From Octopus bimaculoides (lineage: Eukaryota): a stretch of 58,035 nucleotides of DNA. Below are positions 12,381 through 25,240 of this stretch, one piece after another. A program made the position numbers and the translations under genes. The DNA is taken from the NCBI RefSeq assembly GCF_001194135.2, contig NC_068993.1, positions 49,386,565 through 49,444,599 on the forward strand, read 5' to 3'. A model generated the notes under the pieces. It ran no database searches, was not told the DNA's origin, and was given only the letters and a program-made list of their open reading frames with translations. The number at the start of each line of letters is the position of its first letter. Position 1 is the first letter of the stretch.

Positions 12381-13668
12381 GATGAGATATTAGTAGAACA
12401 AGATTCGAGTCTAAAAATGTGAATTTCATGAAAAGTTAAAGATGTAATCTGATGTATTAATACTAATATTACATTTTTTTTTTATCTCTTGTGTGGTTTG
12501 AATTCAACTCTCCAATTTATTTTCTTTGTATCACCTATCATTATTTTTTTTATCCATTTCTCAACACTTCATTTTAATAAGTTTCACTCACAATAACAAA
12601 ATTAGTGTGTGTGTGTGTGTTTTTTTCTTTTTGAAACAACATTCACAGGTACAAAACTCATTTCTACTGTGCTGTGTTATCAACTTAAAATATATACATA
12701 TATGTATGTATATATATATAATGTAAAATAATTTACTTGTATTTCTGTTTGAAAGTTTAGTATTTCTTGCTAAATTTTACTGCAAATAGTCTTTTCAATA
12801 GAATGAAATCACATTTGAGAGCTAGAATTGAATACAGTGCAATATGATGCCACACCAATCATGCTAACATCCCAATTCAATTGAGACCACAGAGGTCAGA
12901 CTGAAAATGTAAATGCATTATCTTCTCTATTTCATCTGCATTAATTTGCCTTTACTGAACTGAGGAAAATTGCTTTTAAAGATGATAATTTAATTAAAGA
13001 GATCAACACGGAAAACTAGTCTGCCATTCAATTACAAAGGAAACAAAATGAGTTCAATTCTAAGATCCATTGTAGAATCAATTTCACTTAATTGTCCAGT
13101 ATCTAGTAATGAGATGGAACTATTACAACCAATAATAAGCTAAGATGGGGCAAGTTACTGATGTCATATGACACTACTTGTCTTGAAGGATACATGTGTC
13201 CTTTCCAGTTCATGAAATTTATTTCTAAAAGAGGAGATACATTTGTATCTTGTGACAAAATTACTGAGAATAAATGTGCCAGATGTTCACTGCAAGATCT
13301 CTGGTTCAAAATCTTTGTGTAACTCCTTGACATTGTTCATTCAATTTTTTTTTTCTTTTTTGCTGTCTACTCAAACTTCACATTTCCAAATTGATTAGTT
13401 ATTAGTATAAAATTTGTTACAGTTAAGATTAGATTTTTACACCTCTCAGTCACTCAGTCAAAACAACAAAAAACTAGTAAAATATTGAAGTTGATTTATT
13501 CTACTTAACCCCTTCTCTGAAAATTGCCCTTATACTTTATAAATAAAAAATAAATGGATAGGTTTTGATATTTATATATTTTTATAGAAGACACAAAGAA
13601 AATTTTTTGTAATGAGTGCTACGAATGAAAAATTGTATTTGGTTGTTGGCAATATTCTTTGATAACAT

Positions 13669-13850
13669 GAAGGAGTGGCTGTGTGGTAAGAAGCTTGCTT
13701 CCCAACCACATGCTTCTGGGTTCAATCCCACTGTGTGGTACCTTGGGCAAATGTCTTCTACTATAGACTTAGGCTGACTAAAGCATAGTGCATGGATTTG
13801 GTAGATGGAAACTGAAAAAAGCCCATTGTATATATATATATATATATGAA
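13669..13850 (+). mobile_element. tRNA-headed SINE family C, ending in (TA)n
   Basis: A-box TGGCTGTGTGGTAAG, B-box GGGTTCAATCCC, then ggatttggtagatggaaactgaaaaaagccc. Confidence 0.9.
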
Positions 13851-13865
13851 TTTATAATTATACAG

Positions 13866-13935
13866 GCCATCGTCATTTTGTGTCTGTTTCATCCATGCTA
13901 GCAGAGACATTATTCTTCACAGTACATCTTATCAG
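13866..13935 (+). CDS. Candidate internal exon (HRHFVSVSSMLAETLFFTVHLIR)
   Basis: ttatacag acceptor, CAG|gtacta donor; ends in phase 2, compatible with 16489-16563. Confidence 0.25.
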
Positions 13936-14660
13936 GTACTACAAAACTAGCCAACTTGGTGTTGTATATATTACTCCGAAGTGTTGACTGCATTTTATTG
14001 TGCCTCTGACTACAGGGACACATGTAATATTATTTTATATAAGGAGTGAACACCTGTTCGTACAAAAAACATGAAAAAAAAAAAAAAGATGTATTAAATA
14101 CAAGGACTGAAGTAACTTAATATTTAAATGAAGAAGAAACTTCACTGCTATAACTCTGTTTTGTTTCCTTCTGTTCGTTCATTAAGCTGTAGAGATTTAC
14201 CATATTCTAAATAAAAATGTTAAATTCACACATAGACACACACAAAATGATGTATAAAATACATTGAAATGTTTCAGTAGATGTGTATAATTATTTAAAA
14301 TATTTTGCCAATAATTATTAGATGTCTCAAAGTTCTACTTTCATCAATATTAATATTGCACTTTAGTTCTCAAACCAAGCATTTTCTTTTCTTTTTAAAG
14401 TCCACCCTCTTTAAAATCCTTTCTGCATTTTATCGTATATGCATCTAAATAGGCTGTAAATTGAATGGACTATCTAGATCTGTGCAAAGTATAACTGTCC
14501 ATGATACATATCAGTCAACTTATTTTTATGTATTGTGGTATTGATATGCTTCAAAATCTTGTCTCTTCAAACTATTATTGAATAAAGTATTTGAAATACA
14601 TTCTTTCTTTTGAAGAAAATTGACTTAACTTAGGAGAGCTAATCTTCTAATACTTCCCTT

Positions 14661-14691
<31 letters not shown>

Positions 14692-15475
14692 TTCATTCAT
14701 TTATTTATTTATTATAGAAATGTGAGTATGTGTGTGTTCTACAACAGCTGTGTGTTTGGCCCCTTTCAGCCTTATCTTACCAGCTTTGGGAATTGCTTTC
14801 TTTTGGCTACTCAATATTATCAATTAAATGTCTATTGGATTACAACTAGACCTTAAATTCTAATTCATCTATTTTACTCTTATCACTATGAACTTGGAAC
14901 AGAAAACCAATTAAGATAATCATGGGTGATAATAGTAATTATATTATAGCTAGGTTGTCTTGATCCTTGTTAGCAGTGGGGTACTGGGTAGAATGTTTTA
15001 GGACCTTATAAACTTTTTGGGAGTTTATTTTGTTTTACTAATTTCATTTTACTTTCAAGCTGGTATGTGTAGAAAAATCTGATGTAGTTACTCCTTTGTT
15101 GAATACCAGTCTTAAATGATAATATTTTTGTCATGATATCTAAGAGAGTAAGTTGAGTTACTCAGAGAAGGTACACACTATTTCCTGCCAATCTAATTTG
15201 TTGTTACTTTAGCCATCACATCATCATCATCATTAGATTTCATGGCATGGGTTAGATGAGACTTGTTCTAGGCAGTAATCTACTGCTAGATGCTCTTGCT
15301 GTCACTAATCTTCATTTTTTTAAGAAAAGTATATTTATTCCATTGGTCTTCACATATAATGAAACCCCTCAGTGCATAAGAAATATTGTTTACAAGAGAC
15401 ATATACACTGTCTTTAGTTTTGATCAATTAGTAACTATGAAAACATGTGGAAATACATGTATACACACACACACA

Positions 15476-15580
15476 AGATGGGCTTCTAAAATGCATTTTT
15501 GTCTCCCAAATTTTGCTTAATTGGTTGAATCAAGGCTGTAGTAGAAGACACTTGCCCAAGGTACTACACACAGTGAACTT
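15476..15580 (-). mobile_element. SINE family C fragment
   Basis: gatgggcttct..ggctgtagtagaagacacttgcccaaggtac is the reverse complement of the family C head. Confidence 0.75.
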
Positions 15581-15598
15581 CTTAACCCTACAGCATAC

Positions 15599-15642
15599 CT
15601 GGGTTATCCCTTGTTGTTGAAGTTCATGTTGCCTGCCGACAT
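15599..15642 (-). CDS. Candidate exon on the minus strand (VGRQHELQQQGITQ)
   Basis: tttatctctttacaataaag acceptor, CAG|gtatgc donor, GC-richer than flanks, single open frame. Confidence 0.18.
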
Positions 15643-15757
15643 CTTTATTGTAAAGAGATAAAATGAGTGTTTATAGTGGTTTTGACTGCTATTTCTAGAA
15701 ATGTAAGGGTTTTGGCAACCCTCTCCGTTATAATTGATTTATTCATAATTATACACA

Positions 15758-15857
15758 NNNNNNNNNNNNNNNNNNNNNNNNNNNNNNNNNNNNNNNNNNN
15801 NNNNNNNNNNNNNNNNNNNNNNNNNNNNNNNNNNNNNNNNNNNNNNNNNNNNNNNNN
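15758..15857. other. Assembly gap (100 N)
   Basis: Run of N. Confidence 1.
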
Positions 15858-15859
15858 AT

Positions 15860-16082
15860 ATATATCAGTGTATGTGTGTCTGTGTTTGTATCCCACCACT
15901 GCTTGACAACTGGTGTTAGTATGTTTATGTCCAGTAACTTAGTGGTTCAGCAAAAGAGATCTTTAGAATGAGAACCAGACTTTACAAAGAATAATAAGTA
16001 CTGGGGTCGATTCATTCGACTAAAATTCTTCAAACTGGTACCCCAGCATGGCCACAGTCTAATGGCTGAAACAAGTAAAAGA
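15860..16082 (+). mobile_element. 3' half of a family C SINE
   Basis: gtgtttgtatcccaccactgcttgacaac..gtttatgtcc..aataagtactggggtcgatt..cagcatggccacagtc..gaaacaagtaaaaga; matches 33500-33608. Confidence 0.8.
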
Positions 16083-16488
16083 TTTGGGCTTTTGTTGTAT
16101 CGGTGTTGGTAGATTATTTTTTTTTTTATGTATTGTACATGCAACCTATATACACTCATGCCAACTTATATACACTTGGGTGCTCATTTTACATTTAATC
16201 ACTTAACTGTGAAGTGGTTATGGTAATCTGCAATACATTAGAATGATAAAGCCAAATATGTGCAGTTTCCATGGACGCAATCAAATGTTTACAACAGGAC
16301 TTGAATATATAATCTGTATTTTCTGTAGTGATACATCTTCACTACTCAAGTTCTGCACTTCGTTTTATACAAACATGCAAATCTGCATGCCTACATAGTA
16401 TAATTGTATTTAATAATAATAATTATTGTTAGTAAATATTGAGCTTTTCCACTCAACTCTCGTCATAGTTTATATCTCTTGATTTCAG

Positions 16489-16563
16489 GAGATTACATAT
16501 TTTAATAAACCATGGTTATTTGAAGTACCACTTTGTTGACAGAATGAATGATCTAACACTTAA
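16489..16563 (+). CDS. Candidate internal exon (RLHILINHGYLKYHFVDRMNDLTL)
   Basis: tctcttgatttcag acceptor, TAA|gtaatg donor, 75 nt (phase 2-2), only one open frame. Confidence 0.25.
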
Positions 16564-17278
16564 GTAATGACATGATATTTTGGCTTATTCACACTGCTAT
16601 TTGAAGTATATAATTATATAATCAGGAGATGTATTGATGGGCTTCATGATGGAATATTATAATACCAGCATCAAATTCTGCTCAGTCTTTATGTATTTAA
16701 CCTTTTTGACTCTATCCCTCCAGAAACTGGCTTTGTTCATATTTAAATTAAAACCTTTGTGATGTGATAATTATAATTTTATATAACAGCTATCTGTTAA
16801 GAAGTGTTCAAAATACCAACTTAATGTTGAAATTGTTATTATATTAAATATCTGAATTCTTGTTTATTTTCAAAATTAACTGAAACATATAGGCAATGTA
16901 TTTCATTAGAAATATAAACTTCAAAGAGTAGCATGTGTATGGTTTTCTTGAATACAATATACCCTTAATACCCTTCCTAGAGTATTGTATAATATAACAG
17001 GTGTGCATATTGACACAAATAGTAATGTGGACTGATATTACTGTGAGGGAATTTGTTGCATGTTATTGACTGGTTAGGTAGTGCTATAATGAATACTGTT
17101 TGTAGATATTTTCATTTATATATTGAGCCACAGCTGTTCTATTTAGTAAAAATATTTCTTCTTGAATAAGCTACTTTGTAAACGCAACAAAAGTTATATT
17201 TTACCAACTTACCCCTCATGTTTCGTTGTGGTACTGAATAATTTCAAAAGGTCTTCTATTTATTAGAGAAGAATATTT

Positions 17279-17450
17279 GTTTCAAATTTTGGTTCAAAGC
17301 CAGTTATTTTTGGGGTACTTACTTTATTGACCCCAAAAGGATGACAAAGTTGACCTCAGTAGAATTTGAACTCATAACATAAAGACTAATGAAATACTGC
17401 TAAACATTTTGCCTGATGTGCTAACAATTCTGCCAGCTTGCCAACTTACA
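17279..17450 (-). mobile_element. SINE family B
   Basis: tttcaaattttggttcaaagccag..atttgaactcataac..ttctgccagcttgcc. Confidence 0.85.
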
Positions 17451-18659
17451 GAAAAATATTACATTTTATTTGGTAGAGAATGAGCACTTCTAAGATTACT
17501 GAATGTTTTGATTCTCATTTCAATGACATTTGCCTATTTAATTTTTGTGCTTATTTCAGTAAACTTCCAAACATAAAGGCTCAGGAATGCTCCTATAAAT
17601 TTACAAATACTTTGTCCGGATCAAAGTAGAAATAATCCTTGGTCTTTAGAATGTATCTTTTAAATAAAATCTGCTGAATTCTTCAATCAGAAGACCATTC
17701 TACTTTCTGTATTCTCATTGGGCACTATTACTCTAAGTTTTACATAATGAGAAAATGATATATTTCAGATTTTGTCAATTGATCTTGGAATGGTTTTCGT
17801 GTAATTTTGTAGCTTTTTGCAGTTCTAAGGCATTTAGATCTGATCTTTTCATTGATACTGTAATATCACAAAAGTAGTGGTCATTATTCGACTCTCATTT
17901 TCAAGCTAGCGGAATTGGTTTATTTTCTAAGAATTTTGAAATATCTTCTCATAAAACTGTAATTCTTTTCTTTAACTCAACCACCTCAATTTGATGCACA
18001 AGAAAAAAGTCAAACTATACTATCTTCTCTTAGTCTTGAAAGGTTGAACATATTAATTGTTTAGAACAAATATAGTATGACATCAAAGCTATGACTAATA
18101 TGACATGTTGAGAGATACTATTATAAATATGTTAGTATATTTTCCTTTTGATAAATTTGTCAGGAAAACCAGTCATTTTAATATCTTTTTTACTCTTACA
18201 TACTCTCCTCATATATTTGTTACCTCAGAAACACAAATGACTTCAAAGTTTGTAAAATCAAATATCAAATCATAATTCATATATTTTATCATTTCACTAG
18301 GGATTTAAGTTCCTGTTAGATACGAGACATTAAGCAATATCTATTAAATTAGATCTTTCATCCATAGATATAATGTTAAAACACAGTTCAACTATTTGCT
18401 TTGAATGGTCATTTAAAACAGCAAAAATGTTCTTTTCTTCTTTTCTGTGTAGTCAGGTATTGATTATAGACTGACATTCTCAAATATTCTAGTCTTTTCT
18501 GAGCATAACCCAGACACATCAATCAGCACAGTTGTACAATGATATAGCTGTTGACAAAAGTTATTTTCAAATTTAAAATACTCTCTTTCTGAGTTCCCCA
18601 TGTTCTGAAAAGTTTGTTTTCCACTCATCATTTACATCGATGTAGTTGCAAGCTAATGA

Positions 18660-19005
18660 AGGAGCCCCTATGTGGTTGTTTGCCCTGCTAGAATTAGCAG
18701 CCAAATATCCATCAAGTCTTACTTATCTTTCTGCCTTAAAGAAAAGGAAGGACTCAGAGATAATTTTTGATAAATCTGATAAAGTCAGTTTTTTGGATGT
18801 ACTTTGACTACAGTCTATGGGTCATTGTCATGTGTTCTGGTAGTGGGCGGATCCAACACATCGCAATTGTACGGTGTGACATGTTCAAATGGATAACCTT
18901 CTCCTAGCTTCTTGATGCCTATGAAAAAAGTCAAAAAGCTGGTCAAGACATTGGTCAGTACTTGTTCTGTCAAAGCTAACCTGGGCTATATCACAACTGC
19001 ATTTA
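18660..19005 (+). mobile_element. Old interspersed repeat family D (probable SINE), degenerate
   Basis: cctgctagaattagcagccaaat..aaaaggaagg head and gctaacctgggcta..acaac tail, shared with 43935-44720, 48560-49295 and 52930-53350. Confidence 0.55.
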
Positions 19006-19074
19006 ATCTAGCTGCTTCAGTTTTATTTCATTAGGGTCCAATTTGGTAAGGAAGACATGTTCAGCTTCAAATTA

Positions 19075-19077
<3 letters not shown>

Positions 19078-19115
<38 letters not shown>

Positions 19116-19176
19116 GCTATCTATCTATCTAGCTATCTAGCTATCTATCTATCTAGCTATCTAGCTATCTATCTAT

Positions 19177-19238
<62 letters not shown>
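19078..19238. repeat. (CTAT)n with CTAG interruptions, followed by (CA)n
   Basis: Direct reading. Confidence 0.95.
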
Positions 19239-19240
<2 letters not shown>

Positions 19241-19385
19241 CGGGCTTCTTTCAGTTTCCATCTACCAAATCCACTCACAAGGCTTTGGTTGGCCTGAGGC
19301 TATAGTAGAAAACACTTGCCCAACGTATCATGCAGTGAGACTGAACCTGGAATCATGTGGTTGGGATGCAAGCATCTTACCACAC
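19239..19385 (-). mobile_element. SINE family C
   Basis: acgggcttctttcagtttccatctaccaaatccactcacaaggctttgg..gaacc..aagcatcttaccacaca. Confidence 0.9.
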
Positions 19386-19874
19386 AATATATCCAGTGTA
19401 CAATGCAATTGGTGCATTAGACAACTCTAAAAGTTACTTCCCAAAATATTCATTTTGTGCCATATTTGCTTGATATGCTGCACAAGATGACAAATTTCAC
19501 AATAATTATACTAAGAGCCTTAACAGATTATGTTTACTTCTTTCATATAATGTCATGTAATTATCACTGCAAGATTTTTTTTACTATATTTCCTAAACAT
19601 TGTCTTCCTATATGAGGTAATCAGTGAAATTGTTTATACCAATCCACAATTTCATGTACTGTAACTGATGCAAACACATTATTATAAGTGCTACAACATC
19701 CCTTAATACATATTTTTTCAACGCTAAATTTAATGGTTCAAATATTAAAACTAGTGTTATAACAGGATTTAACATTTTTTTTTTTTCATAGCATCAAATA
19801 TTGTCATATTTGCTGACATGTACAATAATTCATTTATTCATTCAATTTTGAAAAATTGTGTGCTTCAATTCTAT

Positions 19875-19885
19875 TTCTCTCTCTT

Positions 19886-19942
<57 letters not shown>

Positions 19943-20067
19943 NNNNNNNNNNNNNNNNNNNNNNNNNNNNNNNNNNNNNNNNNNNNNNNNNNNNNNNNNN
20001 NNNNNNNNNNNNNNNNNNNNNNNNNNNNNNNNNNNNNNNNNNNNNNNNNNNNNNNNNNNNNNNNNNN
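19875..20067. other. (CT)n microsatellite running into an assembly gap (N 19943-20067)
   Basis: Direct reading. Confidence 1.
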
Positions 20068-21059
20068 CAATGTTTTTACAATAGTGCACGCTGCTGATAC
20101 GCCAATGTGTCACACTCTGCAATTTTTTTGCTTTGTTAAAATAATAATTGTCCCTTAAGACAGTGAAGCAGTGTAGTTCAGAGCATGATCACATCAGTAT
20201 GTTTATGTACTGTCTTTCATTCAGAAACACAACCTCAGAATTCTTCTTACTCATTTATATGTGTTCTGAACTCTTTTACTCTTCTACAACTTCAATTTGG
20301 AAGCAAGTTTTTTTTTGTTTTTTTTAAAGATAATCTCTTGTTTTTAAAATGTTACTCCCTTATCTGAATATGCAAAAAAAAAAAAAAAACTCATTGGTCA
20401 TACAAACATAAGTATTTCACCCTTCCTAGAACTGACATGCTTTTGTAAGCATTTTTCCTTGACCTTACTATGTTGATGTTTAATCTCGGGTGAGCTCTGA
20501 ACTACTAGATAGTAGAATCTATCAAATCTTTCATCAATAACATTCTAATCATGACTGTCTTGTCTTGCTCTTTGTACATCAAGAGAAGCATTATTCTACA
20601 TGTCCTTTCTCTCTTTTATTATTTTTTTTTTTTAGAAAGTAGAGTTTAGGAAGATTTTACTGTTATCACTTGCACATTCAATGTCTATGTATAGGCTCCA
20701 TCACCATTATCCATCTGTTCTCTATAGTGTTCCACATCACTTATGTGAAGTTACTCTCCTGACTTGGGTATTCTTTTTTTTTTGGAGATGGTTTCTATTG
20801 CTGAATGTACTTCCAGTCTCCAATTATTTAGCAGAGTATACTGAGTGCATTCTATCATGGTTCCAACTCTGGAGAAGTTGTTTTGTCCGAGCAAGACTAA
20901 AAAGTTCACTCTGATCTACATTTCTCTACTATTTGCCAGCCATTTTATAGTACTGAATTGTGAAACAAGCTCTAGACAAGTTACCTTGAAGAGTACGCCT
21001 GAAGAGTCCTTTCTACATTATGTTGTCCGTACTCATTGAAGGCAACCTGACCAAGTGGG

Positions 21060-21420
21060 TGAATAGAAGAGTGATGAAAAAAAAAAATTAGTGTGAGAGG
21101 ATGAAAGAGTGACAGAAATGAGAGTATAATGAGATTGATAAAAAAATAGAGAGGAGGGAGTAATGGAAGAGAGACTGTGATAGGTAACTACATGTTAGTT
21201 GTTGGCAATGAGGAGTTAATAGACAAAGAGTTTGAGAAGAGTGATGGGGGAAAATTTGAGTGATAGAAAGAAGGAAGACAGACTAATGGAAGTGAAAAAG
21301 AGAAGGAAAAAGTGATATATGTCAACAATAAGTCACACAGGAAGTTGTAATGTAAAAGAGACAGAGTAATGGGAAGAGAAAAGAATACTAGATGCTAGTG
21401 ATAAGTAATGGGTAAGACAC
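21060..21420 (+). repeat. Purine-rich (GA-rich) low-complexity tract
   Basis: Strongly A/G-biased over ~360 bp. Confidence 0.8.
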
Positions 21421-21449
21421 CGAAATGAAGATATATTGTACATTTCAAT

Positions 21450-23340
21450 CTCCTTAAACACAACCCGTTTTACATCTGTTTTGCCATCATTTCATGGGCA
21501 GCCAGTTCTCCTGTATTGCATGTTGCCACTCATTACAGTTCTTTGCCATCTCTTTCATGAACTTCAGATTCCTGCGATGAATCCAATTACCATGTCATTT
21601 TATGTCTTCTTCAGTCTCCCTCTTCCACAGAATTCATTCATTCCAAACATTTGACATGTTTTTTAGCTCATATCATTGTCCAAGGCAGTGCAGTTTTCTC
21701 TCTTGCACATTACATGTAACTCCTCTTATACCTGGATTTTCTCTCAGCTCTTTTGTACTTATCTTTTCATGCACACTAAGTTTATACATCCATTGGAGCA
21801 TGCTAGCATCGTTTCTTTCCAGCCTTCACAGATCCTCTGCACTCAAGATCCACGTATTACTACCAAGCAGCATTTCACATTGTATACAAGCATCATACAA
21901 TCTGTTCTTCATTCTGAGAGAAAAACCCTTTGCTGCCAACAGATATAATTGCTTCTTGAACATTTCCTACACCATTCTAAATCAGGTTGCCATGTTCACT
22001 CATGGCTATTGCTAATTAGGTCTAGTTCACCTGCTCCTATGGAAACTTTCAGGCATTTCAGAGAATTTATTTCATTTGTGCTCTCATCGGTGTTGCTAGT
22101 GGAGTCCTGTCTTCTTTCCTATTCACTAAAACTTTACAAGCTTTTTCATTCTAGGTTTTGCTTCCATGTCTGGAATTTTTCTCTACATATTTCACAAATT
22201 TATCTATTAAAATGAGATCCTTGGCATACAGTATTTCCCAAGAACAGCTCGTTTTAAATGAAAGGCTATAATAAATAGGATGGGGCTAGGGATCAAGTCT
22301 TCATGGACACCTACCTGTATTCTAAATTTTTCATTGAACAACCCTTAGCTAATTTTCATTTTGCTGAGTGTACCTTTGCTCATGGCTTGTATGGCCCCAA
22401 CAGACTTTTCATCCATCCTTAATTTCCGTAGCAGCCACCACACTACAGAGCATGGAACTTAGCCAAAGGCCTTCTCCAGGTTAAAAATATAAGGAAAAGT
22501 GGATTCTTCCTAAGTACTATTCATGCATTTGTCTTCCTAGCACAAAGCTGAACTACATCATATGTGAAATAATTCTCTTCCTAATCACTGTAACTTTTTC
22601 AATTTCATAACTTCGTCTGTCAATTTGATATTTCTGTTGTTGCCTCTGTCTTGTGCATCTAAGTTACTTCTATATCAGTTGATATTGCTATACTAACCTT
22701 GGTTAGGATTCATCTCTCTACTACCTGAATGACTTTTTTAGTGACTAGGGTATAACCTATCTTTTCAGATATAATATTCAGCATCTCAGTCACTATACTT
22801 GATGGTGTAACTGCCTTTGTATCCTTAAATCACACTTTTTACTCTTCAGCTATTAATATTAATGCTTGGTGTCTCTGTTGCATTTACTGAAGGCTTTTTT
22901 CATTCATACATTCTTTTCATGTTTGGCATCACTAAGAGCAAGTGCATTACCATCATTCTACACACACTTCTCCCTGGCAGTGTTTTGATTCTTTCACGTT
23001 TACTGCTTTGCTGTTTGAAACATGTCATGCCTCCGATACTCAGGACACTGAACATCTGCCAACCTCTCACTTTCAGCCTTTTCTCTTGCTAAGTACATCC
23101 AATGTTGTCTAGCTATTGACACTGCTTTTTGCAGTTCCACTTCCTCCCAATCTTTCCAGGTTTGTCACTTAGCCTCTATGGTTTTATCCACCATACTATT
23201 TCTCTCACCGTCTGTCTAATTGAAACATCGTACTAGCCACAATTCTGGTCTGTGACCTGAAATGTCGAGCATATTCTCTAAAATGAACGCTGTTTTACAA
23301 TCACAAGTTCACAATCGTATGATATGTTCAGAACTTCATT
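21450..23340 (-). mobile_element. Decayed RTE-clade LINE (end of endonuclease region, RT, 3' end)
   Basis: Minus-strand remnants LEKAFG*VPCSVVWWLLRKL (~22470-22420) and CGRGRLKKT (~21625), typical of RTE ORFs; many stops and frameshifts. Confidence 0.78.
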
Positions 23341-24849
23341 GTCAATAACAATAAGAATTTCTAACTTCACAGTTTAAGAAAATAAATAAATACAAAGTTT
23401 TCAAAAGTGCCATGAGCCTCAAGTATAGGTGTTGCCTTTATTGTAATTAAATTTAGTTGAGTTTAAAATATTACAATTCTTTACTTCATATTATTCTAGT
23501 ATTTTGTATTATTACTTTGTAACACTGTTATCAGATTTTCATGACTTTTGTTCATTCTAGTTTTTATAATTTGCTACACTTTATTTTATTTTCCTTTAGA
23601 GCTTTTATGTTGGATAATTAAGTTCTCTAATTTACTTGAGTTTATTTTTGTATTGCGGATATCTGCCATTTTGAAGTATTGTTGAAAAGGTGATGAGTTA
23701 TATCAGTATCTTCCAAAGAAAACAACATTAAAATATGTCAATATAAATTAGATGTTGCTGAGCAAGTTGCACTTTTAACTTATTTCCAATAGCTCTTTTT
23801 TTGCTTTTTTTTTTGCATAATCCTGAACTTTTTTTTTTTTTTTATTTGACATTTTTGCTATGTATTGGTGCATGATTATCACTGTCATATCTGGTGTAGA
23901 TTGAGTGTCACATTATATATACCAAGGCAAGAGCTGACATATTCTACATTTTGTAAAAATATATTATCTCTTTATTGGGTGTTTGTCATAATCCCATTGG
24001 ATTACAGAGGTAGAACTAAAGATAATTTTTTATGTGTACTCTACCTTGAGCAAGTTGCTGTGAAAATTAGATACTCTCCCATCATATACTCCATGAAAGG
24101 AATTGAACTCAGTATTATAGATCAATGAAATATTTAATAGTTTTATAGTGATGCTTCTGATTATTGTGTTTAGCAGTTTTTCTCTTAAATACTCTGCAGC
24201 ATTGGCTAGTAGTTCAACATCCCACTGTTGCAACTAGCATCACCTCTGACCTCTGATACTGTTATTTGCACCATGGTAAGTATTATAGCTTCAGTGGATT
24301 TTGTTTAGCCAAAGCTGAATTTTTATCCTTCCAGGATACCAGTTAGATACTGGAGTCAGCTAAGAAGGAAGGGTCAAGGGTGTTTTTGCCTCAGTTCAAA
24401 GTCAAAGCTTTTATTTTGCAATAGGTTTATTATTTTGTTGTTGTCTTAATATTTTTCAGTCTGAAATGTAAATTAATGATCATAGTTTGTTTTAATATTT
24501 GTTTAGATCAAAATAATTTTCACATAAAATTCAGCCAGAAATGAACTGAACTTTCTAAAACAATATTTATCATTGGAAATTTCTAAGCAGTTAATTAGCA
24601 AATATTTTTGAATGTATTTAACAGACACTAAGATAAAGGGGGGGAAAAAGGAAAGAAAAGTTTCTCCTCTTTGCTTTATTGAAGTTGGTGAGAATTTATA
24701 TTGTTTGTAGAGTTATTTAAACACTCTGATTATTTAAATTTTCAGACTGTATGGTAAAATTTGGAGTTAGAAAGTTATCATTTTGCCATGTATTTAGATG
24801 TGGTTGTTTAATTCAATCCTATTGTAGACTACTTTGACATGGCAGTTAT

Positions 24850-25240
24850 TGTATTGGTTCTATAGATCTGTGATGCGAGCATTTCTAATATGTCCCAACA
24901 CCGTAAGAGTATCTGAACTTCATCCAGCTTCTATATATTAGCAGATCAAATTAGTGGTCACAGTAGAAGAGGCTGGTAAGATGGTCTTGGCTTACTGTTC
25001 TTTGGCATTTATAGTTGGTGGTATGCATACCAAGATAGTATTTGGGGTTAGTGAGGCTATAGATGCTGCAGATATTTCTATGTGTGCATGTGTGGTATTT
25101 TTAGATCTGTTTAATTAAGCGGGTAAGATAGTGCTTTTAAGATCTTGTAGTAGAGCTCTGGATGTTTGGAGGTAGTATTTGTATAGTGCTAGGGACTAGG
25201 TTGGGGAGTTGATGATCATCACTGGAACTGTCCCTTTGTA
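24850..25240 (-). mobile_element. Possible Penelope-like relic (GIY-YIG-like)
   Basis: NICSIYSLTNPKYYLGMHTTNYK resembles a GIY-YIG motif; similarity is weak. Confidence 0.25.

Noticed and set aside
16489-16563. Resemblance of RLHILINHGYL to TMEM232 (RLFIFFLHGHL)
   Set aside because: Only a few residues match from memory and no other exon corroborates it; no gene symbol assigned
24202-24275. cag..ACCATG|gtaagt exon
   Set aside because: All three frames from the acceptor contain stops; could only be a UTR exon and has no other support
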